From the NCBI GenBank assembly GCA_020720765.1, contig DYOB01000001.1, positions 45,222-109,221 on the forward strand: DNA of 64,000 nt, read 5' to 3'. This DNA is from Borreliella garinii (lineage in GTDB: Bacteria; Spirochaetota; Spirochaetia; JABEVK01). Positions 10,547-22,270 of the stretch are shown one piece after another. Position numbers and translations under genes: made by a program. Position 1 is the first letter of the stretch. Each line of letters starts with the position of its first letter. The notes beneath the pieces were generated by a model. The model did not search any database, was not told where the DNA came from, and saw nothing but the letters and a program-made list of their open reading frames with translations.

Positions 10547-12731
10547 AATTTTCCTATTTTTCTTTCTTGTAGCAGTAGAAGCTTTCGGGCAGAATGCTTC
10601 GCAGTTTTATCAAGATGCCATGTCCGCCCTCCGGGAACAGGACTTTATAAGGGCTGCCTCGCTGCTTCGCAGAAGCCTTCAAACCAACCCCAATTACCTG
10701 CAAGCCCACGAAGAATTGGCACTCGTTTTTTTTCAACTAGGAGAAGACCGGGAAGCTGAATTTCACGCCAGGGAAGCATCAAGGCTTTCAGGTGAACAAG
10801 GAAGAAGCCAGCTTATTCTTGCTAAAATACTTATGACAAAAGGGCCAGAAGGCGTTCAGAATGCTCAGAATCTTCTTGGAGAAATCACCCTGCGTGAAGG
10901 TGAGGGACCGGAACTTTGGGCGGTGCTTGGGGATCTCGAAGTCATGAAACAAAGGTTGCCTTTGGCCACACGGTATTATACCCAGGTTTTACAGAGGGAT
11001 CCCAGACAATTTAAAGCTCTTTTCTCCCTATTTCAAATAGAAGAGCATCTTGGAAACACCCTGCGTGCCGGTGTGCTTATGGAAAATCTTTTAAGATATC
11101 ACGGAGCCGAACCGGAAGTTCTTTACCGCGCAGCAGTGTTTTTTCAGAATAAGGGTGACCTTGAGCGTGCTGACCAGCTCTTGCTTAGGCTTTCCGAGCT
11201 GTCCGAAAACTGGACCTACCCAGATGTTTTTATCCAAGCATCCCAACAACGGGCGAGGTTCGAACTTGCTAAACATTCCGTCCTTGGAGACGCTGGAACT
11301 TTGGAAAGAGCTATTCCAATCCTGATGAAAGCACTTGAGAAAGGGCCGAATAATGCCATGACCTATTATCTCTTGGGCGCTGTGAACAGTAGATTAAAAA
11401 GGTGGGATGAAGCCCAAAAGGCCATGAAACGAGCCGTCGACTTTGACAAAGATAATGAACTCTTGAGATTGAGTTGGGAAGCGAGTATTTCGCAGCTACC
11501 GGTGGATAATCCATTAAGGGCCATTCCTTCCCAGTACCACCTTGAAATGGCCAGGACGTATAGTGCCAGGAATATGCAGGACTGGGTCCGCGATTCTTAT
11601 AGAAGAGCTCTTTTTATAGACCCTCTGGATAAGGGAGCCCGGTGGGGGTTTACAAGTTCTTGGAAGTCCCTGGGTTTTAAGGGAATGTACCTTGAAAACC
11701 TTCTACGCTTTAGTACAGCGATGTCTTCTGAAAGACAGGCCAGCAGAACCCTGTCGGGCGAGGCCGACCGTGAACTTGGGAGGGAATTAGGGTATTGGCG
11801 TGATAGGTGGTATGTCGATGAGTCTCTAGGTAAAAGTTGGGGTCTGGATCTGGATCAATTCCGAAACTGGCTGGATGTCGGCTCCTGGGCTTTAAATATC
11901 CAGGGCGAGGGCGGTAGAGGTTTTCGAATCGCTGTTTTTACTCGTAGTAGCGGAGTGAAGACAGTAGACTATTCGGACAAGGAAAAAATCCTGACGGAAT
12001 TCCTGGTTTATCAATGGGAAGGCGTGATGGCACCTTGGCCGCGTTCCCGGGCGCAAGGCTCTACGGAAGAAATCCGCGTCGGCATTTTCCCTTCACAGAT
12101 ACTCCCGAGAGACAATTCTACCGGGTTATTCGATAGGGACTCGTCGTTTGTCGAGGAAGAGGAAGAAGCTATAAGGCTTTCAAGAAGGCAAGGAGCGGAT
12201 TTCTTCGTACTTTTAGATTTCTTGGATCTTAACCAGACTTTTACCGTGCAAGCCGGACTACACATGGGGTCAACGGGCAGGCTTGTGCGCCGGATTTCAG
12301 TTTCAAGAAGGGGTAGCGGGAGAATCTTAGGGGCGGTAAGGGAATTTATTCAAAAAATCAGTGAATATTTCCCTTTAAGGGCGGTTTTGGCTCAAAAGCG
12401 TACGCGCAACAATCAAATTCAAGGGTTGATACCCCTTGGTACACTTCATGGCGTAAAAATCGGCGATAAATTTTCGCTTTTAAAGCCGGGGATCGCCAGG
12501 CTTGGTGCGGAATTACCCCTGGTCCAATGGGCCGAAGGCGACCTTTTGGGTATTCTCACTATAACAAAGGTCGAAGATTGGCTGTGCGAAGGTACCATTG
12601 TTCCTTCCGACCATTATGATCTGACAACCCCGGGGGACGAGGTTTTTTTACGAAGAAACACACCAGAAAATCTTGCTCCACTTCCACCAAGTTTGAACGT
12701 GCTTCAAAGGGATGTTTTGAAGGTCCGTTGA
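10527..12731 (+). CDS. Secreted tetratricopeptide-repeat protein (734 aa)
   Basis: Signal peptide MKNKIFLFFFLVAVEAFGQ; multiple 34-residue helical repeats with W/LG/Y/A/F/A/P spacing (e.g. AMTYYLLGAVNSRLKRWDEAQKAMKRAVDFD). Confidence 0.6.
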   Translation: MILMKNKIFLFFFLVAVEAFGQNASQFYQDAMSALREQDFIRAASLLRRSLQTNPNYLQAHEELALVFFQLGEDREAEFHAREASRLSGEQGRSQLILAKILMTKGPEGVQNAQNLLGEITLREGEGPELWAVLGDLEVMKQRLPLATRYYTQVLQRDPRQFKALFSLFQIEEHLGNTLRAGVLMENLLRYHGAEPEVLYRAAVFFQNKGDLERADQLLLRLSELSENWTYPDVFIQASQQRARFELAKHSVLGDAGTLERAIPILMKALEKGPNNAMTYYLLGAVNSRLKRWDEAQKAMKRAVDFDKDNELLRLSWEASISQLPVDNPLRAIPSQYHLEMARTYSARNMQDWVRDSYRRALFIDPLDKGARWGFTSSWKSLGFKGMYLENLLRFSTAMSSERQASRTLSGEADRELGRELGYWRDRWYVDESLGKSWGLDLDQFRNWLDVGSWALNIQGEGGRGFRIAVFTRSSGVKTVDYSDKEKILTEFLVYQWEGVMAPWPRSRAQGSTEEIRVGIFPSQILPRDNSTGLFDRDSSFVEEEEEAIRLSRRQGADFFVLLDFLDLNQTFTVQAGLHMGSTGRLVRRISVSRRGSGRILGAVREFIQKISEYFPLRAVLAQKRTRNNQIQGLIPLGTLHGVKIGDKFSLLKPGIARLGAELPLVQWAEGDLLGILTITKVEDWLCEGTIVPSDHYDLTTPGDEVFLRRNTPENLAPLPPSLNVLQRDVLKVR

Positions 12732-12752
12732 GGTAAAAACATTGCTTTTGTG

Positions 12753-13886
<1,134 letters not shown>

Positions 13887-13896
13887 GGAGCAGGCG

Positions 13897-15153
13897 ATGA
13901 TTAAAACCGTTCGGGATATTTCATTATCTGGCAAAAGCGTCGTGATGAGAGTGGACTTCAATGTTCCTATGAAGGATGGAAAAGTCCAGGATGATACACG
14001 AATACGCGCTGCTCTTCCCACTATCAAGTATGTTCTTGATCAGGGTGTCCGGTCCTTAGTCTTGATGAGTCACTTGGGTGATCCAGATAAAGATTCAAAA
14101 AAGGCTAAGGAAAAGGCTGAAAAAGAGGGAAGAGCTTTTGATATGGAGGCTTATCTCGACGGTAAACATCGTATAAAACCCGTCGCGGAATACCTCGGCG
14201 GGCTCCTTGGAAAACCGGTTGTTTTTTTACCCTCTTGCTTGGGCCAGCTCGAAGCTGTGTCAAATTTACAGGTTGGCGGGATCGCCATGCTTGAAAACAC
14301 CCGATTTCACAAGGAAGAAACCGCTAAAGAGGTTGAAACCCAGCGAGTCCTGGCTGAAGAGCTGGCTTCTTACGGTGAGATTTTTGTCAATGACGCCTTT
14401 GGTACGGCCCATAGGGCCCACGCATCAACTGCGACTATAGCTGAATTTTCCAAGGTTAAGGTTGGAGGGTTTCTGATGGAGAAAGAGGTTCAATACCTCG
14501 CTCCTATCCTTAATAATCCCGCAAAACCTATGATTTCCATCATCGGAGGTGCCAAGGTCAGTTCCAAAATCGCTGTGCTCGAATCTTTATTGAAGAATTC
14601 TTCCGTTTTGATCATCGGCGGTGGAATGGCTTACACCTTTCTCAAGGTTCAAGGTTTTAAGGTGGGAACCAGTCTGGTTGAGGATGATTTTTTAGTCACT
14701 GCAAAGAAACTCCTCGATTCTGCGCTAGCACAGGGAGTAAAAATCCTTCTGCCAGTCGACCACGCTTGCGCTGCGACCTTTGCAGATCAAACTCCCGTGA
14801 TGGTGGATTCGGAAAATATTTCCGACGGTATGATGGGGTTGGATGTCGGACCTAAAACTATTGCACTCTATAAGGAAGCGATTCTTGGTGCCAAAAGCAT
14901 TGTTTGGAACGGTCCGGTCGGTGTTTTTGAGTTCGCAAATTTTGCCGCTGGTACAAAGAAGGTTGCTGAATTCGTTGCAGAAGCCACGGCATCTGGTGCT
15001 ATCAGTGTCGTCGGCGGAGGCGATTCCGTTGCCGCTGTGAACCAGTTCGGTCTTTCTGAGAAAATGAGCCACGTTTCGACTGGCGGTGGTGCCTCCCTCG
15101 AATTTCTTGAGGGACAGGTGCTTCCTGGAATCGCGATTCTGGAAACAAAGTAG
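13897..15153 (+). CDS. pgk: Phosphoglycerate kinase
   Basis: Full-length PGK with conserved N- and C-domain motifs (RVDFNVP, GGGASLE-like GGGDSVAAV). Confidence 0.95.
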   Translation: MIKTVRDISLSGKSVVMRVDFNVPMKDGKVQDDTRIRAALPTIKYVLDQGVRSLVLMSHLGDPDKDSKKAKEKAEKEGRAFDMEAYLDGKHRIKPVAEYLGGLLGKPVVFLPSCLGQLEAVSNLQVGGIAMLENTRFHKEETAKEVETQRVLAEELASYGEIFVNDAFGTAHRAHASTATIAEFSKVKVGGFLMEKEVQYLAPILNNPAKPMISIIGGAKVSSKIAVLESLLKNSSVLIIGGGMAYTFLKVQGFKVGTSLVEDDFLVTAKKLLDSALAQGVKILLPVDHACAATFADQTPVMVDSENISDGMMGLDVGPKTIALYKEAILGAKSIVWNGPVGVFEFANFAAGTKKVAEFVAEATASGAISVVGGGDSVAAVNQFGLSEKMSHVSTGGGASLEFLEGQVLPGIAILETK

Positions 15154-15162
15154 GGGAGTGAA

Positions 15163-15912
15163 TTGAGACAACTATATATTGCTGGAAACTGGAAGATGTT
15201 TGGTACGGTAGCCGAATGTACATCACTCGCTCGGGCAGTAGCCGACGGTGTGAAGGCTGGTAAGAATAAAACTTTGGTGGCCCCACCTTTTACAGCTTTA
15301 GCTGCTGTAAAGGAAGTCCTGCGTGGCTCAATTGTCCTTCTTGGTGCTCAGAATATGAGTAATATTGAGACTGGGGCAAGGACGGGAGATATTTCGGTTT
15401 TAATGCTGAAAGACCTGGGTGTGGATACAGTTATTCTTGGACATTCGGAACGGAGGCAATTTTTTGCCGAAACCGACGAATTGATCAACGAAAAGGTGCA
15501 TTTAGCTCTTAAGCACGGGCTTGAAGTTATCCTCTGCAATGGCGAAACGCTTGCCGAGAGGGAGGCGGGAAAAGTTGAAGAAGTTGTTTTTCGGCAGACA
15601 GAAGTGGCACTGAAAGGCATCACTTCCGAACAGTTGAAAAAAATTACCATAGCTTATGAGCCTGTTTGGGCGATAGGAACCGGTAAGACGGCTTCTCCCG
15701 AAGACGCAAACGCAGTCCATATCTCGATTCGGGGTCTGATTGAAAAGCTATACGATAAAAAAGCAGCGGATGAAATGATCATACAGTACGGGGGTTCCGT
15801 AAAACCCGAGAACGCCAAGCAATTGATGTCTATGTCGGATATTGACGGCGCTCTGGTCGGCGGTGCATCCTTAAAGGCAGACACATTTCTGCCAATAGCT
15901 TTAGTGGAATAG
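15163..15912 (+). CDS. tpiA: Triosephosphate isomerase
   Basis: AGNWKM N-terminus, catalytic loop AYEPVWAIGTGKTA, GGASLK phosphate loop. Confidence 0.95.
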   Translation: MRQLYIAGNWKMFGTVAECTSLARAVADGVKAGKNKTLVAPPFTALAAVKEVLRGSIVLLGAQNMSNIETGARTGDISVLMLKDLGVDTVILGHSERRQFFAETDELINEKVHLALKHGLEVILCNGETLAEREAGKVEEVVFRQTEVALKGITSEQLKKITIAYEPVWAIGTGKTASPEDANAVHISIRGLIEKLYDKKAADEMIIQYGGSVKPENAKQLMSMSDIDGALVGGASLKADTFLPIALVE

Positions 15913-15920
15913 GAAAGAAA

Positions 15921-16319
15921 ATGATTTTACAAATAGTACAGATTGCCGCTATCGTTGTTTTCGTGCTCAGCGGCCTCCTTCTGGGTTTGCTCGTCCTTAT
16001 ACAGGATGAACAGGGAGATAGCATCGGCGGACTTTTCGGCGGTGGCAGTAACAGTGCGTTTGGTGCACGTTCAGGAAATATTCTTACACGGACGACTACC
16101 GTCCTTGGTGTTATTTTTTTTGGACTTGCCATCTTCTTAGCGGTATGGTTCCGCAGTCCAGGTGGCGATATTCTTCCCGAAGCTCAACCGTCTTCGGAGT
16201 CTCCGGCGGACTGGTTGAACTCTCCTTTAGAAGAAGTATCCCCTTTGGATGATATTCTCACACCTTCTCCTGAAGTTTTGACGCCGCTGGAAAGCCCTGA
16301 GCCCGAGGCAATTCCCTGA
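15921..16319 (+). CDS. secG: Preprotein translocase subunit SecG
   Basis: Two TM helices with SecG signature GLFGGGSNSAFGARSG between them; located after tpiA as in many bacteria. Confidence 0.85.
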   Translation: MILQIVQIAAIVVFVLSGLLLGLLVLIQDEQGDSIGGLFGGGSNSAFGARSGNILTRTTTVLGVIFFGLAIFLAVWFRSPGGDILPEAQPSSESPADWLNSPLEEVSPLDDILTPSPEVLTPLESPEPEAIP

Positions 16320-16330
16320 TCAGAAGTGCC

Positions 16331-16753
16331 TTGGTGCTGTGGCAGACGCCGAAGGAACCTGTTCTCTGGTCTGAGATAGGGAGAAGTGTTTTTTCTGCTT
16401 TACAGCGCCGGGGAGATGTCTTTGTCGACTTGATAAGCTGGCCTGAAGATTTAGAGAAGAAGCTGACTGGATATGAGTTTATTGTCTGGGGTTATCCAGT
16501 TGAAAGCTGGTTCCCAAAGAAACTCCACGAAGGTTGGAAGGAAATGCTCGGTCGAAGCGGGTTCTTGGCGGGAAAAAAAACGGCGGTCTTTTCAGGTCCG
16601 GGAAACTTTGGACTTGAGAAAACCCTAGTTATGGTCATGAATTCACTCGAAGGTGAAGGTATGTTTGTAAGAGATTTTAAAGGTATTTCCAATTCCCGGG
16701 AAGGTTCAGACTTTGCTAAGTTTTTGAAACTGTTGCCCCGGAATGGAGTTTGA
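16331..16753 (+). CDS. Hypothetical protein (possible flavodoxin-like fold); no ATG start, would need TTG/GTG initiation
   Basis: Only ORF filling the 430-bp gap between secG and the PPIase gene; motif GKKTAVFSGPGNFG is flavodoxin-like; start codon uncertain. Confidence 0.35.
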   Translation: MVLWQTPKEPVLWSEIGRSVFSALQRRGDVFVDLISWPEDLEKKLTGYEFIVWGYPVESWFPKKLHEGWKEMLGRSGFLAGKKTAVFSGPGNFGLEKTLVMVMNSLEGEGMFVRDFKGISNSREGSDFAKFLKLLPRNGV

Positions 16754-17814
16754 ATAGTAAGGAGCATGAAATGCAATTGAAAAAGGCTGTGGTTTTGGCT
16801 TTTATGATAGCCTCTACCAGATTAGTTTTTTCCCAGACACCGGACGTTGCAGTGGCAACAGTCAGGTTGGTCAGAACTGAAGTTATCAGTCAGCGTGATT
16901 TTAGAGATAAGGTATCCCGTTTGGAAAGGTTGGCTCAAAAACCCATGGAACCTGCGGACAAGATAAAACTTATTGACGTCCTTGTTTCAGAAGTTCTCCT
17001 GGCACAGGCTGCAGAACGTGCTGGTATCAGGGCCACGGATGCAGAGATAATCGCTTTCGCCAAGTCAACAGCACGGGTTCCTGCTACTGTTCCCGATGCG
17101 GAATTCCGGCGCATGATAGAACAGCAGTCTGGTTCGACTTGGGCAGCTTTTCTTACAGAGGCTCGAAAGTCCTATGTAACTCAAAAATTCATCATGTCTA
17201 AGCCTGAAGCCTCGCACCTTCAGAATGTTGAGATTACAGATGCACGGGTCAATGAATTTTACAATGAAAACAAAGCCCAGTTTATGAACCCCGATCTGGT
17301 ACGCATCAGCCATATTTTCTTCGATACAAAACAACAGCCAAGGGGGACCATAGCTGAAATCCGCGCCAGAGCGACAGCAGCACTGGGTCGCTTGAATTCT
17401 AACCAGGCCACTTTTGAGGAGCTAGTCCGTACTGATTCTGAAGACGAGGGCAGTAAACCCCGTAACGGGGATCTAGGCTTTCTTGCCCGGGGTGATGCAC
17501 AAGCAATCGGTCTCTTCGGCAGGGATTTTGTTGCTCTGCTTTTCGGGATGCGTAAAGGTGCCACCTCAACGACCTTGATGGAAAGCAATGCCGGTCTTCA
17601 CATCGTCCGCATTACTGATAAACTCGATCAGAGATTTCTTGCCATTACAGATAAAATTTCACCTCTTGATACGAGAACAGTCCGCGAATATATACGGTTG
17701 CAGTTGACGGCCCAGGAACAGCAGAAGAAACTCCAGGAATTCATGCAGTCCGTGGTTGATGGATTGAAGGCTGAGACACAAGCCGATATCAAGACTTTTC
17801 CCCAGAATTTCTGA
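16750..17814 (+). CDS. SurA/PrsA-like periplasmic chaperone with parvulin-type PPIase domain
   Basis: Signal peptide MQLKKAVVLAFMIASTRLVFSQ; SurA-N-like helical region followed by parvulin motif GDLGFLARGD...GLHIVRI. Confidence 0.7.
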   Translation: MNSKEHEMQLKKAVVLAFMIASTRLVFSQTPDVAVATVRLVRTEVISQRDFRDKVSRLERLAQKPMEPADKIKLIDVLVSEVLLAQAAERAGIRATDAEIIAFAKSTARVPATVPDAEFRRMIEQQSGSTWAAFLTEARKSYVTQKFIMSKPEASHLQNVEITDARVNEFYNENKAQFMNPDLVRISHIFFDTKQQPRGTIAEIRARATAALGRLNSNQATFEELVRTDSEDEGSKPRNGDLGFLARGDAQAIGLFGRDFVALLFGMRKGATSTTLMESNAGLHIVRITDKLDQRFLAITDKISPLDTRTVREYIRLQLTAQEQQKKLQEFMQSVVDGLKAETQADIKTFPQNF

Positions 17815-18242
17815 TGAAAACCCTACGCCGCGAGGCCCGAGTCGCGGCATTTCAGGGACTTTACATGCTCGAGATCGGTAGATCCGATCTCGAAGCTGTC
17901 CTTCAACTCGACTGGTTGGAGGAGGATAATCCCCTGACCAAGGACGAAGCGCTACAATTTTTTGCCCGTGGTCTCATCAGTGGAACCCACGAAAACCAAG
18001 CTGAAATTGACAGCTTGATAGTAAAACACAGTCCCAGGTGGGAGATAGGACGCATAGGGAAGGTCGACTTATCCTTGATCCGCATGAGTATCTTTTCCCT
18101 TTTCTTCTCCGCTGAGAAACCACCTGTTAAAGTTGTCATCGATGAAGCTGTCGAAATTGCTAAAGAATATAGTACAGATTCAAGTTATCGTTTTGTGAAT
18201 GGAGTGCTTGATGGAATCGTCAAGGCCCAATCGGCAGTCTAA
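17814..18242 (+). CDS. nusB: Transcription antitermination factor NusB
   Basis: RREARVAAFQGLYMLEI N-terminus and overall 142-aa NusB fold pattern. Confidence 0.85.
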   Translation: MKTLRREARVAAFQGLYMLEIGRSDLEAVLQLDWLEEDNPLTKDEALQFFARGLISGTHENQAEIDSLIVKHSPRWEIGRIGKVDLSLIRMSIFSLFFSAEKPPVKVVIDEAVEIAKEYSTDSSYRFVNGVLDGIVKAQSAV

Positions 18243-19995
18243 CCGTTTAATTTTTGGTCTTATGGGGATTCTGTCCTTCCTCATAGTGGTTCTCTTGGGG
18301 TTTATAGTACTTTTTCCAATACTGCGTCCCATGGATTTTAATCCTGAAGAACTCTTCCAACAGGCTACATTGCACTCCAATCAGGGTGATATTCCAGCCC
18401 TTGCCAAGGATTTAACACTTCTTTCTGAATATAGGGGCAACACCCGCTTTCCTGCACAGCGCTGGATTGCCTGGTTAAACCTTGCCCGGGGCTTGGGCCG
18501 CCGGACGAAGGATTTTTCGCTTCTTTTCACATTGGCCCAAAAAGCTCATTCTGAAATCCATGGGAATAACGTTCTTCAAGGATTCCTATGGTACGCAAGG
18601 GTAAAAGCTGGTGATTGGATGACTCTGCCTCCCGAAAGAAGGTCCGGGGATGACCCCTTAGCGAGAATTCAGAATCGCTACAACCTTGAGTACTATTTGA
18701 GAAGTTATAGTACTTCCCGAGGACAAAATATTTTACTGAATCCCGGTGAAATTCTTGATGACAGGTCGTCAAAACTCTGGACCTTCCTTGCGTCAGCCCT
18801 ATCAAGGGATCCGAGTATAGTATCACGTGCTCTTCTCACGAGTGCAAGGGACGAAAACGATCCCGAGTTTCTCCGATTTTACCAGGCTCTTTCGGCATTA
18901 AATATTCTCAAAGAATCGAGCATATCCGCCTCGGTTTGGCAACGGCTCGCAGGTCTAGCTTCTTTTCGACTGGGACGCTGGGATGACGCGGCGACTTATT
19001 TGGAAAAAAGCAGAATAGTCTCTGGAAATGATATCTCTCTTGAACTTCCTCTAGCTGAATCCTACTTCCGATTGGCTATGAACCGAAAATCGGAGGATGT
19101 TTTAATAAATCTTTTTGAAAGACAGAATTTGGATTTGCCTGAGACGTTGAGAGAAGTCCTAATACGGAACTATGCCTTATTATTACTGGAGGCGGAAAAA
19201 GTCGAGCTAGCCTTACAATTTCTTGAAAAAAATAACTTACCCCAACTTGAACAGTTTGCCTTATACCTGCGGACAGCACTTGCTTTTTCCAGAAATGCGT
19301 CAATTGCACCTCTTCAAAATTCTATGGCATCTGTGGCAAGGTCGGAAAGTTCAGGTCTCGAAGAAAAATACCTTTTTTATGCGGCTTTCACAGACCTTAT
19401 CACACAGCCCCAGCTTGTTTCATTGCTCAACAGTGCTAAAGATGACCTAGTGTGGTCGGATGGGATCGCCGAAATGCTTCTCTGGGATATGAACAGAAGG
19501 GGTGAATTTCAAGCGTGTTTGAGTTTCTCCGAAAAGTATCTCAGTGAAAAACCCTACGCGTACAACGTGGTTCGGGAAAGGGTTCTTGCAATGTCCCAGT
19601 TGGGAAATCGCGCCCAGGAGGCTTTCGACCTTTGGAAGAGTCTTCCTCCTTCAGAAAGAGATTTTTTCTGGGAATATAATGCCGGGGTTTTAGCTTCTCT
19701 CACTGTGAAGACGACGAATGAAAGGCGCGACTATTCTCTTGCCCTTGAACACAACAGGAATGCTGAATTCATGCTGAACAGATTCTATTCTTCGAGGTCG
19801 AGACTTTTTCTTCGTGCAAGACTCTTATATATGAGGGCCCAGTGGCTCTATCTTATGGGTGAAAAACAAACGGCAATTGAAACTTTAAACACAGCAAAAA
19901 ACCTTGACTTAAGCGTTCCCGACTCTTCGATACTCTTGGGCAGGTGGAATGAAGAAGGGAGAACTAATGAAACTGAAAACTATCGATCAAATTAA
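18199..19995 (+). CDS. Membrane-anchored helical-repeat (TPR-like) hypothetical protein
   Basis: One N-terminal TM helix (LIFGLMGILSFLIVVLLGFIVLF) followed by about 550 aa of helical repeats; no catalytic motifs seen. Confidence 0.5.
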   Translation: MECLMESSRPNRQSNRLIFGLMGILSFLIVVLLGFIVLFPILRPMDFNPEELFQQATLHSNQGDIPALAKDLTLLSEYRGNTRFPAQRWIAWLNLARGLGRRTKDFSLLFTLAQKAHSEIHGNNVLQGFLWYARVKAGDWMTLPPERRSGDDPLARIQNRYNLEYYLRSYSTSRGQNILLNPGEILDDRSSKLWTFLASALSRDPSIVSRALLTSARDENDPEFLRFYQALSALNILKESSISASVWQRLAGLASFRLGRWDDAATYLEKSRIVSGNDISLELPLAESYFRLAMNRKSEDVLINLFERQNLDLPETLREVLIRNYALLLLEAEKVELALQFLEKNNLPQLEQFALYLRTALAFSRNASIAPLQNSMASVARSESSGLEEKYLFYAAFTDLITQPQLVSLLNSAKDDLVWSDGIAEMLLWDMNRRGEFQACLSFSEKYLSEKPYAYNVVRERVLAMSQLGNRAQEAFDLWKSLPPSERDFFWEYNAGVLASLTVKTTNERRDYSLALEHNRNAEFMLNRFYSSRSRLFLRARLLYMRAQWLYLMGEKQTAIETLNTAKNLDLSVPDSSILLGRWNEEGRTNETENYRSN

Positions 19996-20713
19996 CCGTA
20001 TCCACGATTCTTGCAGGTTGCTATCTCGAATGTTCAAGGAAATTGTCCCTCTTGTTGTGGAAGGAGCCAATCTTCTTGACCTTGATAAATGGTCCCAGGA
20101 TTTTATTACACGGAACAAGGCTAAACCGGCCTTCAAAGGTTTTTTTAATTACCCAGCTACACTGTGTACTTCTGTAAATAATGAGGTGATCCATGGGATC
20201 CCGCGGAATAGAAAGTTAAAAACCGGCGACCTTGTAGGGCTAGACTGCGGTATCAACCTTAACGGGTTTATCAGTGATATGGCATTAACTTTTCCAATAG
20301 GAAAAATCACCCCAAAAGAAGAACTTCTCTTAAAAGTTACCAAGGATGCACTGAATGCGGGGATTGCCGCCATAACACCGAATGGAAGAATGAAGGATAT
20401 TGCGCGCGCTGTTACCGGGGTGGTCAAACCCCATGGTTTCGGAATAGTGCATCAATATTGCGGGCATGGTGTAGGATTTGACGTTCATGAGGACCCGCAG
20501 GTACCCAATAATGTGGGAATAGGTCCGAACCCCAAGCTCCATCCCGGTTTAGTGATAGCAGTCGAACCCATGATCAACTTGGGTACTTCTAATGTTAAGG
20601 TGCTCGAAGACGGTTGGACCGTCGTCACTGAAGACGGAAAAAAGAGTGCGCATTTTGAACATACCGTAGCTGTCCTTGAGGATGGAATCCGAATTCTTAC
20701 CCTAGAAGATTAG
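19949..20713 (+). CDS. map: Methionine aminopeptidase type I (true start may be MKLKT at 19967)
   Basis: Pita-bread fold metal ligands in conserved order (D...D...H...E...E), typical type I length. Confidence 0.9.
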   Translation: MKKGELMKLKTIDQINRIHDSCRLLSRMFKEIVPLVVEGANLLDLDKWSQDFITRNKAKPAFKGFFNYPATLCTSVNNEVIHGIPRNRKLKTGDLVGLDCGINLNGFISDMALTFPIGKITPKEELLLKVTKDALNAGIAAITPNGRMKDIARAVTGVVKPHGFGIVHQYCGHGVGFDVHEDPQVPNNVGIGPNPKLHPGLVIAVEPMINLGTSNVKVLEDGWTVVTEDGKKSAHFEHTVAVLEDGIRILTLED

Positions 20714-20779
20714 TTGAGTTTTCGAATTTTTACTGTAATTTTTCGCAGGTTAGGTGTATTTTCTACAGAGGAGTTTTAA

Positions 20780-22270
20780 ATGATGCATAAGGTAAAATCT
20801 AGAGAAGGATTTTCGATGTTTTTTGTTTTTTTATTCACTGCTCTTGCAGGGATTTCCTGCAGCAGCGGTTCAGGGCCAAGTTCCGATGTCCTTGCCCAAG
20901 AACGCGAAAATAATATTTCGCCTTCCCTTTGGGAAATGCAGAACAGTTTTCGTTCCATAGCGCAAAATGTCCTACCTACAGTTGTCGAAATTCAAACACT
21001 ATCAATCTCTTCCCCAGCCAGTCCCGCTACACCTTTTGGAGAGGACTTCCCCTGGGAGTTTTTCTTTTCCCCCCAAAATACACCCCAGGATACACCAAGG
21101 CAGAGACCACAACCTAGGCAATTTGAAAGCCGCGGTTTGGGTTCTGGGGTTATGTTCAAGCGTGAGGGAAACTTTCTTTTCGCTCTGACAAATAACCACG
21201 TGGTAGACGGTGCGAAGGAGATCAAAATTCTCCTTTATGACGGACGGGAATTCCCCGGGGTTCTTGTCGGAAATGATCAGCGCCGGGATTTGGCGGTGGT
21301 GAAATTTGAAACAAGAGACACCACCATTCCAACCGCTGTTTTCGGTGACTCTTCCAAGCTGGAAGTCGGTGATATCGTCCTGGCCATGGGAAGTCCACTC
21401 GGTCTGGGTTTTTCAGTATCTCAAGGTATAATCAGCGCACTCGGACGCCGAGGGGGCCCTGGTCAAAATATCAACGATTTTATACAGACAGACGCATCTA
21501 TCAATAAAGGCAACAGCGGCGGTCCGCTTGTCAATCTTCAGGGCGAGATCGTCGGGATCAACACATGGATCGAATCGCCAACAGGCGGCAGTGTAGGACT
21601 GGGTTTCGCCATTCCTATCAACAACGCCAAACGACCGATAGAGGGACTTGTCTCGGGCGGTGGTGTGCGATATGGCTGGTTAGGCGTGAGTATAGGGGAT
21701 ATGGACCCAGACAGCACTACGGCCCTCGGATTGGCTGATGCCCGCGGTGCCTTTATCTTCCACCTTTTCAAAAATTCGCCAGCTTCCAAGGCTGGAATTC
21801 TCCCCGGGGACTTTGTTACTTCTCTGAACAACACACCTGTGAAGAATGCTAATGAACTCATACAAATGGTCGGAGAACTTACCCCTGGATCAAGAGCGGT
21901 ATTCCAAATCATCCGCCTGGGTGAACGTTCGACTAAAACTGCAGTTATCGAAGAGCGCCCCAACGAAGAGCGCATCAACGCACAGAATTCCACGATTTGG
22001 CCGGGATTTACCATCATGCAGATCTCTGACGAACTCCGTAACCGTATACCAGAACTCAAAGATGCAAGAGGACTTGTGATTTCCGGTGTGATAGAAAGAA
22101 CTCCGGCTCAAATAGCCGGACTTCGGGAAGGGGACCTCGTAAAAGCCGTAGACGGACGCCCTGTTGACAACTACAGGAATTTTTACGAAGCTCTCAACAG
22201 GGGGACCGGGGAGTTGAAAATTACCATCAAACGGGAAAATGTTGATGTCACCATCGGCATAGGTAGATGA
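20780..22270 (+). CDS. htrA: HtrA/DegP-family periplasmic serine protease with two PDZ domains
   Basis: Signal peptide, catalytic triad context (NNHVVDGA, DLAVVK, GNSGGPLVN), two PDZ segments. Confidence 0.9.
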   Translation: MMHKVKSREGFSMFFVFLFTALAGISCSSGSGPSSDVLAQERENNISPSLWEMQNSFRSIAQNVLPTVVEIQTLSISSPASPATPFGEDFPWEFFFSPQNTPQDTPRQRPQPRQFESRGLGSGVMFKREGNFLFALTNNHVVDGAKEIKILLYDGREFPGVLVGNDQRRDLAVVKFETRDTTIPTAVFGDSSKLEVGDIVLAMGSPLGLGFSVSQGIISALGRRGGPGQNINDFIQTDASINKGNSGGPLVNLQGEIVGINTWIESPTGGSVGLGFAIPINNAKRPIEGLVSGGGVRYGWLGVSIGDMDPDSTTALGLADARGAFIFHLFKNSPASKAGILPGDFVTSLNNTPVKNANELIQMVGELTPGSRAVFQIIRLGERSTKTAVIEERPNEERINAQNSTIWPGFTIMQISDELRNRIPELKDARGLVISGVIERTPAQIAGLREGDLVKAVDGRPVDNYRNFYEALNRGTGELKITIKRENVDVTIGIGR

